DNA of 35,016 nucleotides from Macrostomum lignano (taxonomy: Eukaryota): the NCBI GenBank assembly GCA_002269645.1, contig NIVC01004789.1, positions 1 to 35,016 of the forward strand, read 5' to 3'. The notes under the pieces are model-generated. The model saw only the letters and a program-made list of their open reading frames with translations, had not been told where the DNA came from and did no database searches. Shown piece by piece: positions 23,705-33,153 of the stretch. Position 1 is the first letter of the stretch; each line of letters opens with the position of its first letter. The position numbers and the translations under genes were made by a program.

Positions 23705-24995
23705 ATGGAGTCGCCATTGATGAAGCAGAAGTCAGCCGCGCAGCCTCCGCAGTTTCTTGCCGGGCTGCTTCGCCTGCCAAGCCGGCCGAAGCTGAACCAG
23801 CAGCACCAGCTGCAGCGTTCGTTCTGTTGCCATGGCAACAGCGTCTCTAGCGACGGCAAGTTTTTCGGCCGACCATTGGAACTGCAGCCAACAACGGAGG
23901 TGCCGGGACTTGGCGCGGTGCCAGCCATCCTGGCCGCCTGCTGTGACCATCTGGCCAGTCACGTGACAGACGAGGGCCTGTTCCGCGTTGAGGCGCCGCG
24001 GTCGCGCCTCGTCGAGCTGCGTCGTCAACTCGATGCCGGCGCCGGGGTCGGCGAAGCGACGCCGCCGAGGGACGTCGCCTGCGCTCTGAAGGCGTGGCTC
24101 CGCGAGCTGCCCGAGCCGCTGCTGCCGCCAGCGATCGCCCAGGAGCTCGCCGAGGCTGCCGCTGTCGGTGTTGCCGACGACGATGGGGCTCGAGCTCGCG
24201 ACCTGCTGCGCCGGCGATGCCGACCTCCGGCCGTGTCGCCAAGCCAACTGCGGGCGCTGCGGCATCTGTGCGAATTTCTGGCCAAGGTGAGGCAGCTGCG
24301 AATTCCATTTCTGATTTTTCAGTTCTCTAACAATTCCTTTGTTTGACTCTAATTAATTCCTCCTTTCTCAACCCCATCAATCACCTGGCCAGGTGGCTCG
24401 GCACTCCGCCTCCAACCGCATGGACGCTGACAATCTGGCCACCTGCCTCGGGCCCTGCCTTCTGCGACACGTGGGCGCAGCGGCTGCCGCCTCCGCAGCC
24501 TCGCCGTTGCTGCCGCCGGCTTCGCCTCGAGACGCCGTTGCCCGGCTGAACGCCGCCGCCGCCTTGCTGGTCCGGCATCACCAAGCGCTCGGCGCCATCG
24601 ACTCGGTGACAGCGGTGGAGCCTCCGCCTCCGGCTGTTGAGGCTGGGAAGCGCGGACGGAGCGGCAGCTGCAGCGGCAGCGGCGGCTCCTTTGCCGCCCT
24701 CCGAGCCGCTGTCGGCCGCTTCGCCAGCAGGTCGCGCTCGCGCAGCCCTGGCAGCCGGCGCGGCCAGGCATCTCCGTTCTCGGCGTCGTCGGCATCGTCG
24801 ACAGCGGCGGCTCGGGCCCCGTTGGCCACCTCATTGCGCAACCTGGTGGCCGCCGCCGCCGCTGGCAGGCGTGCCGCGCCGCTCATCGGCGGCCGCCGTC
24901 CGTCAGCGCAGAGTCCCGCCGCGACGGTTGCTGCAGACGCCGTCCCGGCCGAGCCCGACGCCGCGAGGGCCGGCGGTTCCGGCAGTTTCTGCTGA
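23705..24995 (+). CDS. ARHGAP11A: ARHGAP11-like Rho GTPase-activating protein; exons 23705-24286 and 24393-24995 (tail may extend to 25425 through frameshifts)
   Basis: RhoGAP motifs: KFFGRPL, EGLFR (arginine finger), DVACALKAWLRELPEPLLP, FLAK|VARHSASNRMDADNLATCLGPCLL. The phase-0 intron 24287-24392 is GT-AG. The FGxP..VPxxGxVPxxL segment resembles ARHGAP11A from recall. Confidence 0.88.
23824..23841. promoter_or_regulatory. Perfect 18 bp palindrome containing a consensus RFX X-box (GTTGCCATGGCAAC), inside coding exon 1
   Basis: The sequence ctGTTGCCATGGCAACag is seen directly; function is unproven. Confidence 0.35.
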
Positions 24996-25756
24996 GCCGG
25001 CTTGGCGGCCAGGAACCGCCAAAGTCGCCCAGCTCGTCCAGCTCTGCCTCGCCGCCTTCGCTGACTTCGCCGTCCTCCCCGCCGTCCAGTCTGGAAGTGT
25101 CGACGCCGCCGTCTCGGTGCCGTCCCGGTGATTCTCGCCGACGGCGCCTCCTGCGATGTCGCCGAGTTGGCGGTGGTCGCCGCGGATTCGACGAGTCGCC
25201 GTCCAGCGGCGGCGGCGCAGCGGCTTCTCGCCCCGCGACAGCCTGCGCGCCCTCCGGCTTCGGGGAGTTCGTCGGCAGAACGGCGGCGGCAGCGGCGGCA
25301 GCGGCGGCAGCGGTAGCGGCGGAGTCGGCCGGCGCTGGCCGCGGCTTCTGATCTCGCCGTCGTCCATGAAGGCCCGCCTGCTTCGGTCCGAAGGCCTGCT
25401 GAGCTCCGCTCGGTTGAAGCCTTGAAGTCAGGAGGATTTGCTTGATAGATAATTGACCGCTTGCTCTTTCACTTTGCAGCATAAATTCTATTGTATATAA
25501 TCTTATACTCTTAGTTTACTATTACTGCCAGTGTCTGCCAATATTTGCACCATACCAATATATTTCGAAATGTGCTGTGCTTTGCATTTTAACTAAATTC
25601 GAAAAAGCAGCTGCGTCTTGGGATTTTAAATCAATTTTATGCTTTGGAAATATTTTTGTTTACTTGCGATGCTCAAATTGTTGGTTTTGTGTGGACATTA
25701 GTATACAAGTTTATTGTCTTATTCCGAAGGTCCTGTACCTCTGCTTGGTAGGTGCC

Positions 25757-26425
25757 GCTGCTTCTCCCCACTGAGCTTCAGTTGGTGCTGCTTCTCCCAC
25801 TGAGCTTCAGTGGGTGCTGCTGTTCCCCCTCCTGAGCTTCAGTGGGTGCTGCTGTTCCCCCTCCTGAGCTTCAGTGGTGCTGCTGTTCCCCCTCTTGAGC
25901 TTCAGTGGGTGCTGCTGTTCCCCCTCCTGAGCTTCAGTGGGTGCTGCTGTTCCCCCTCCTGAGCTTCAGTGGGTGCTGCTGTTCCCCCTCCTGAGCTTCA
26001 GTGGGTGCTGCTGTTCCCCCTCCTGAGCTTCAGTGGGTGCTGCTGTTCCCCCTCCTGAGCTTCAGTGGGTGCTGCTGTTCCCCCTCCTGAGCTTCAGTTG
26101 GTGCTGGTGTTCCCTCCTGAGCTTCAGTGGGTGCTGCTGTTCCCCCTCCTGAGCTTCAGTGGGTGCTGCTGTTCCCCCTCCTGAGCTTCAGTGGGTGCTG
26201 CTGTTCCCCCTCCTGAGCTTCAGTGGGTGCTGGTGTTCCCTCCTGAGCTTCAGTGGGTGCTGCTGTTCCCCCTCCTGAGCTTCAGTGGGTGCTGCTGTTT
26301 CCCCTCCTGAGCTTCAGTGGGTGCTGCTGTTCCCCCTCCTGAGCTTCAGTTGGTGCTGCTTCTCCCACTGAGCTTCAGTGGGTGCTGCTGTTCCCCCTCC
26401 TGAGCTTCAGTGGGTGCTGCTGTTT
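25757..26425. repeat. 32 bp minisatellite (tgagcttcagtgggtgctgctgttccccctcc)n, ~20 copies
   Basis: Direct reading. Confidence 0.96.
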
Positions 26426-27427
26426 CAAAGGTTTTTTCATCCGTGCACTGAAACGGATATAGAACTTGATATAGCGAATTAATCATTGACTGGGTGCCTT
26501 TATTTGCCTTCAGATTTTTCAACTGTTTTTCTCTTAGCATAAGAAAACTTGAAGTCGCTCGCTATAGTTCGGCCTAAACTGTTTACCTTCGTAATCAAGG
26601 GAAACTGATGAAGGGAGCAGCATCCAGCTTCTCCCAGACTGGCCCGCCACTTGCCGAATAGAGCCGTCTGATAGATTTGTCTCCCCGGGGAGTCCGTAAT
26701 CCCGACACCTATTCACTGTCCCCAAGCAATTCCCTATTCAGCCCATTGACTTTTTATTTCACACCCGTGCTGGGGTGGGCGCTGCGGGACTGTTGGCTTC
26801 CACTTCACTGATCCTCTGAGCAAACGAATTAAAGTAAATGGATAATTTATCCCCGAACCAGTTTGATTGCGCAACGGGTCCTGCGGGTCTCTGGGCGGTT
26901 TTGAGGAATTAAATCTCTTTTTTTCCTCCTAACCCCATCTTCTGTAAGCAGACTGATTGCTCCCTCCCAGAGTTCCATTCCTGCCAGGTGGGTCAGGGGG
27001 CCGGGAGCTGACATCTGCTTGCTCGGGAAGGGGTTGCGTCACCGCTCGACTTCTGGCGGGAATAAATCTGGGGCTTGGGGGGCTGCTTCTTTTTTGCAGG
27101 TGAAAATGGGATTTCTGCCTGAATTGGGCTGGGGATCTCAGATCGGAGAAGGTTAAAGCTGCGCTGCCGACTTTTCTCCCCTAATATTATTGTTGCTAAG
27201 GCGAGCTGCGGCCTCGCAACTGTTGCGGGTGGTCCCGGCTGGCCGGGCTGGGGCTGGGACTGCCTGGCAATCGGACACCGGCCGTCTCATCTTTCCTCCG
27301 GCTGCGCGCATCTGCGCCTGCCTGCTTTTTTAGGGTTGCGCTGCCGCGCTGAGCTCGGGTTTCCTCCCGGCCCCAACCAGTGGAGCGAAAGTTGGTGCCG
27401 ACTGCGGCTGACTTTGCCTGGCCTTGC

Positions 27428-27513
27428 CGTGTCTGTCTGTCTGCCTGTCTGTCTGTCTGTCTGTCTGTCTGTGTCTGTCTGTATGTCTGTCTGTCTGTCT
27501 TTCTGTGTGTGTG

Positions 27514-27545
<32 letters not shown>

Positions 27546-27612
27546 CATGTCTGTCCATGTCTGTCTGTCTGTATGTCTGTCTGTCCATGTCTGTCTGTCC
27601 ATGTCTGTCTGT
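27428..27612. repeat. (GTCT)n microsatellite
   Basis: Direct reading. Confidence 0.96.
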
Positions 27613-28832
27613 CATTCTGCATATCTATCTAATTGCGTTTTATCAATTGCTGCCGTGTCCCAGCAATTAAATGCAGTTAAAATAAAGTATACTGTTGTTT
27701 TTCACTTTATTACTAAGCTATTCACACGGCAGTAAACACCCGCAGCCAGCTCACATGAGACAACCCAGCTCTCCATTTCACCAATTCCACAATCCGATGC
27801 GAACATGTTGTGTTGGCCGCATTGTTTATGCATGCATTGTAAATCAAGTGGCTGGCTGGGTGGCACAGGGCTGCCTTACCAATTAATTAATTGGCCAAGT
27901 TTGTGCTTTCCCTGGCGTGGGCAACAAATGAAACCCGATCCACTGCTATCTCCCTGGCTTCCGAAGGCCGCAAGTGTGCGGGCCACTTCGTAAAGCAGAC
28001 ACTTTCAATTGTTCACTTTGAAAGATGTGTTCACTTCATAACCAGTTAGCAATTTTTGCAAACACCAACAAGCTTCAATCTTTCGATTGCAGGAGCCTCA
28101 GCTGCCGGCTGTGGGGCCGCTGCTGGAGCTGGAGGAGCTGTTCCGCTGGAGCAGATCTGGTCTCAGCAGGGCGACTGGCTGCTCCCCTAGTGACCCCGGC
28201 TCGGCTGGGTCCGTGTTCGCTGTTTTCAATTCTGTTTTTGTTTGGAGTTCAGATGCGTTTAGGCTTTGCCAACCGGACTGGTTGATTTTATCCAGGTAGG
28301 AAAATTCCGTTTTAATTCCTCTTGTTTGCTGGCATTTCGGCTGTCATTGCGGCTCTCCCTGTCTTCTAGAAGCGGCAGATGTTCTCAGCTGATGCATTTC
28401 TGTTAATCGCCAACTTTTTGAGAAAAAAAATTCAAACTCGTTTTTGTTAATCTGGTCTGTAAAAATATTTAGCAAAAGTTATATTATATGTATTGTTATT
28501 AAACAGTGCATTTCTGCCAGCAATGCTTCACAATGGCGTACATTTCACACTGGCACGCAGCCTTCCAGTTTAAACGCAATTATCGAAATTCTCTATTTCT
28601 CTCATCATTTTTGAGTTTTCAGTTTCTCATCCCGCTGCCTTGTAGCCAGTCGGACATCAGGCCCTGCTCGGTTCCTATTTGATTAGATAGGTTTATTAAG
28701 ACAAATAAACAGTTTATGTAAGCCTGCCCGAACTCTTTCCCGGCTTTGGGTTCGGCTGCTTTTTTACTTTTTTTGAATGTTGGTCTTGCTGAGATCTTCT
28801 TTTAGCTTTACCTGCTAGTGTGGGTTTAGAGA

Positions 28833-29410
28833 TGATTGCTAGTCTAGCCAATCATGGATGCGGGATTAGAGTGGATTGCTAGTCTAGCCAATCATGGATG
28901 CGGGATTAGAGTGGATTGCTAGTCTAGCCAATCATGGGTGCGGGATTAGAGTGGATTGCTAGTCTAGCCAATCATGGATGCGGGATTAGAGTGGATTGCT
29001 AGTCTAGCCAATCACGGATGCGGGATTAGAGTGGATTGCTAGTCTAGCCAATCACGGATGCGGGATTAGAGTGGATTGCTAGTCTAGCCAATCATGGATG
29101 CGGGATTAGAGTGGATTGCTAGTCTAGCCAATCATGGATGCGGGATTAGAGTGGATTGCTAGTCTAGCCAATCATGGATGCGGGATTAGAGTGGATTGCT
29201 AGTCTAGCCAATCATGGATGCGGGATTAGAGTGGATTGCTAGTCTAGCCAATCATGGATGCGGGATTAGAGTGGATTGCTAGTCTAGCCAATCATGGATG
29301 CGGGATTAGAGTGGATTGCTAGTCTAGCCAATCATGGATGCGGGATTAGAGTGGATTGCTAGTCTAGCCAATCATGGATGCGGATTAGAGTGGATTGCTA
29401 GTCTAGCCAA
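28833..29410. repeat. 40 bp minisatellite (gattgctagtctagccaatcatggatgcgggattagagtg)n, ~14.5 copies
   Basis: Near-perfect 40 bp period ending ~70 bp upstream of the GNAT-1 ATG. Confidence 0.97.
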
Positions 29411-29472
29411 AGTGAATAAACGATATTGAATTACTAATCTATTCTTTTTCTCAAATCTAATTTTCAGCTGCG

Positions 29473-29487
29473 GTCGCCCATGGAAAC
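29473..29487. promoter_or_regulatory. X-box-like sequence GTCGCC-CAT-GGAAAC overlapping the GNAT-1 start codon
   Basis: Fits the RFX consensus GTNRCC-N(0-3)-RGNAAC; may partly reflect Kozak context plus Met-Glu-Thr codons. Confidence 0.3.
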
Positions 29488-31176
29488 GCAGGACTCGACG
29501 GCGAGGGCGGCTGATTTGCCACGGCAGGTGCAGCTGCGGCCCGCAGGCCGGCGGAGGATGCGGAGTTTGTGGCGCTGTGCGTTCGCGACTTGGCGGTCAG
29601 CCACGAGGGCATGCTGCCGTTCTGCCACATGGGCGCCAGCGACCACTTTCGGGTGCTGCAGTCCGGCCTGGCCCGTCTTCTGGTGGCCGAGGCAGCCGGA
29701 CGGCCGGCCGGATTCGCGCTGTACACCCGGTGCCACCTGGACAGGCAGCCTAGGCCAGGACTCTACCTGCAGGCTGTGTACGTGTGCGAGGACTACCGGG
29801 GCTGAAGGTGAGAGCGATCAGTGAGGCTGTTATGATGTGCTTAACTAGCTACTTGTAGTAATAAGAGGCACACTTCTAGTAGTAGTAGTACTACTAATAC
29901 TAATACTACTACTACTACTACTACTGCTACTACTACTGCTACTACAACTACTACTACTAATACTACTACTACTTGCAGGTAGGCAAGTCTCTACTCGTGG
30001 CTCTGGCTCGCCAGGCCTTGGCAACCGGCTGCGACCACATCAAGCTGATTGTGCACACAGATAACGAGGCTCTGTCCTGGTACCAGCGCATTGGCTTCCA
30101 GGTGCTCACAGAGACCGAGGGGGTCGCCTTTTTTGAGATGAATGACGTGGACTTTGTTGCTGGCCTGGTGGCCGCAGCCGAGCAGCCGCTGCCAGACGGA
30201 GCCAGCCTGCGCCTGCGGCCCTGCGACGGCGCCGACGGTAGGCGATTCGAACTTCGGACTTCCGGCTGCGACTGTCGCCTGTTTGGCGCCTCCGAGCTCA
30301 GCTACTGCATGTGGGAGGGGGAGGCGGTGCAGGTGAGAGCTCAGCTACTGCATGTGAGAGGGAGAGGCGGTGCAGGTGAGAGCTCAGCTACTGCATGTGG
30401 GAGGGGGAGGCGGTGCAGGTGAGAGCTCAGCTACTGCATGTGGGAGGGGAGGCGGTGCAGGTGAGAGCTCAGCTGCTGCATGTGGGAGGGGGAGGCGGTG
30501 CAGGTGAGAGCTCAGCTACTGCATGTGGGAGGGGGAGGCGGTGCAGGTGAGAGCTCAGCTACTGCATGTGAGAGGGAGAGGCGGTGCAGGTGAGAGCTCA
30601 GCTACTGCATGTGGGAGGGGGAGGCGGTGCAGGTGAGAGCTCAGCTACTGCATGTGGGAGGGGAGGCGGTGCAGGTGAGAGCTCAGCTACTGCATGTGGG
30701 AGGGGAGGCGGTGCAGGTGAGAGCTCAGCTACTGCATGTGGGAGGGAGAGGCGGTGCAGGTGAGTGCTCATAGGAGGCTTGAGCACAGGAGATGCAGAAA
30801 CCCGTCAGCTTCCACTGCCAACCCCCAGATCGACTTGTCGGCCGAGAGGCCGGTCTGCGCTGCCGCATCGGAGTGCGGCGCCGTCAGCTCCGCCTCGCTG
30901 AAGTGCCTGATGGGCCGCCTGCTGCAGCTGGCCGCTGCCGACAAGCCCACCCTACCGTCGCCGCATATCGTGTGGGTTGACACCGTCGCCAACCGACCGA
31001 CTTCCGGCGGACTCGATGACCTGCTGATGCGCGCCGGCTTCGAGAACAACACGGCCAATGAAGGCTGGCTGATCTGCCTGCTGGCCGGCCGGCCGCTGCA
31101 CCTGCTGGCCAACAGGCCGCTGAACTGCCGCCTGCACCCGGAGCTGGCCGGCTGCCCGGATTCACTGTCTGACTGA
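29480..31176 (+). CDS. SSAT/SAT1-like GNAT acetyltransferase with a second, degenerate GNAT domain (paralogue 1); exons 29480-29807, 29979-30332, 30829-31176; two apparent -1 frameshifts in exon 1
   Basis: LVAEAAGRPAGFALY, GLYLQAVYVCEDYRG[LK]|VGKSLLVALARQA, LIVHTDNEALSWYQRIGF match GNAT motifs D, A and B. Introns are phase 0 and GT-AG. One extra base is needed near 29545 and in the G-run at ~29798-29801. Confidence 0.8.
29875..29973. repeat. (TAG)n/(CTA)n trinucleotide microsatellite in GNAT-1 intron 1
   Basis: Direct reading; the orientation switch creates the palindrome TAGTAGTACTACTA; it abuts the acceptor ttgcag. Confidence 0.93.
30294..30763 (+). repeat. 43 bp tandem repeat made of the last 39 nt of exon 2 plus the donor GTGA, ~11 copies
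   Basis: Unit gagctcagctactgcatgtgggagggggaggcggtgcag|gtga; the first copy is coding (ELSYCMWEGEAVQ). Confidence 0.95.
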
Positions 31177-31183
31177 GAGAGAT

Positions 31184-31593
31184 GTGAGAGTCCTGATCCC
31201 CACTGTGAGAGGCCTGATCCCCACTGTGAAAGTCCTGATCCCCACTGTGAGAGTCCTGATCCCCACTGTGAGAGTTCTGATCCCCACTGTGAGAGTCCTG
31301 ATCCCCAATGTGAGAGTCTTGATCCCCACTGTGAGAGTCCTGATCCCCACTGTGAGAGTCCTGATCCCCACTGTGAGAGTCCTGATCCCCACTGTGAGAG
31401 TCCTGATCCCCACTTTGAGAGTCCTGATCCCCAATGTGAGAGTCCTGATCCCCACTATGAGAGTCCTGATCCCCATTGTGAGAATCCTGATCCCCACTGT
31501 GAGAGTCCTGATCCCCACTTTGAGAGTCCTGATCCCCATTGTGAGAGTCCTGATCCCCAATGTGAGAGTCCTGATCCCCACTGTGAGAGTCCT
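31184..31593. repeat. 21 bp minisatellite (gagagtcctgatccccactgt)n, ~19-20 copies
   Basis: Direct reading; begins 7 nt after the GNAT-1 stop. Confidence 0.96.
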
Positions 31594-32034
31594 GTTTACT
31601 CATTATCTCCTTATCTCTGATCACAGGTCATCTTAGGGTTCGAGTCCTGACTTTACAGTTGGACCAACGCTAATCTTCAGTATTTGATTTACTTCTATAC
31701 TACTATGAGTAGGTTCCGCTTATTCTGGTAATCTTTTATGCAAACTTTAACACAGATCTATCGCTTAGCAGCTCAAACTAAATCGCTGTTTTAATATATC
31801 CTTTTATGCTTAAATTTTAACACTTACACATTGCTCTAACAGTAGTGCGCTGTGCCTAATCCAGTGTAGCTCTCTTAACGTATCAAGCACTCTACTAACT
31901 GATCGCTTGCTGTGCCTTAATATGTTCAACTTTATTTTCTGACTTTAACCTGTTTCTTAACAGAAGTTTTAGTTTTTTGTGGCACTAACCTACCTCACAT
32001 TACATGCAATGTCCTTGATTCTTGACCCTTGACT

Positions 32035-32985
32035 AATGAACCATCCTTGTCTCTTATGAACCATCCTTGACTCTTATGACCCATCATTGACTCTTATGAC
32101 CCATCATTGACTCTTATGACCCATCATTGACTCTTATGAACCATCCTTGACTCTTATGACCCATCCTTGATTCTCATGACCCATCATTGACCCTTATGAC
32201 TCATCCTTGATTCTCATGACCCATCATTGACTCTTATGAACCATCTTTGACTCTTATGACCCATCCTTGACTCTTATGACCCATCATTGACTCTTGTGAC
32301 CCATCATTGACTCTTATGACCCATCATTGACTCTTATGAACCATCCTTGACTCTTATGACCCATCATTGACTCTTATTAACCATCCTTGACTCTTATTAA
32401 CCATCCTTGACTCTTATGACCCATCCTTGATTCTCATGACCCATCATTGACCCTTATGACCCATCCTTGATTCTCATGACCCATCATTGACTCTTATGAC
32501 CCATCATTGACTCTTATGACCCATCATTGACTCTTATGACCCATCATTGACTCTTATAAATAATCTTTGACTCTTATGACCCATCCTTGACTCTTATAAA
32601 CCATCCTTGACTCTTATGACCCATCCTTGATTCTCATGACCCATCATTGACCCTTATGACCCATCCTTGATTCTCATGACCCATCATTGACTCTTATGAC
32701 CCATCATTGACTCTTATGACCCATCATTGACTCTTATGACCCATCATTGACTCTTATAAATAATCTTTGACTCTTATGACCCATCCTTGACTCTTATAAA
32801 CCATCCTTGACTCTTATGAACCATCCTTGATTCTCATGACCCATCCTTGATTTCTCATGACCCATCATTGACCCTTATGACCCATCCTTGATTCTCATGA
32901 CCCATCATTGACCCTTATGACCCTTCCTTGATTCTCATGACCCATCATTGACCCTTATGACCCATCCTTGATTCTTTTGACCCAT
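32035..32985. repeat. 20 bp minisatellite (gacccatcattgactcttat)n, ~47 copies, with a 200 bp higher-order duplication
   Basis: Direct reading; 32401-32600 reads identical to 32601-32800. Confidence 0.96.
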
Positions 32986-33139
32986 CCATGGCAAGACGTA
33001 TTTAACTCACCACAATACACGCAAAAATTTACTGTCTGCAGCTAATTCTACTTTTAGTAGGCTGTTGCGCCTAACAAGTCAAAATGCTTAGAATAAAAAA
33101 TTATTATTATTAACAACATCCCGCATTTGCAGTCAGCCG

Positions 33140-33153
33140 GTTGCCATGGAAAC
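33140..33153. promoter_or_regulatory. Consensus X-box GTTGCC-AT-GGAAAC overlapping the GNAT-2 start codon
   Basis: Matches the ciliary RFX consensus GTYNYY-AT-RGNAAC; partly explained by Kozak context plus MET codons. Confidence 0.4.

Noticed and set aside
25757-26425. 32 bp and 40 bp arrays as possible CRISPR arrays
   Set aside because: Head-to-tail repeats without unique spacers, no cas genes, eukaryotic context.
26534-28299. Short GC-richer ORFs and possible exons (26534-26725 minus, 27196-27420, 28093-28295 plus)
   Set aside because: Some splice-like borders, but no consistent multi-exon model or recognisable domain.
29803-29805. In-frame TGA in GNAT-1 motif A as possible selenocysteine or readthrough codon
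   Set aside because: Readthrough would leave the following splice out of phase; one extra G in the preceding run gives RGLK|VG, in phase and collinear with GNAT-2.
30884-31636. GDQDSHS and VRVLIPT repeat ORFs
   Set aside because: Translations of the 21 bp array located after the GNAT-1 stop codon.
31637-31647. Pol III B-box GGTTCGAGTCC suggesting a tRNA
   Set aside because: No A-box or cloverleaf stems around it.
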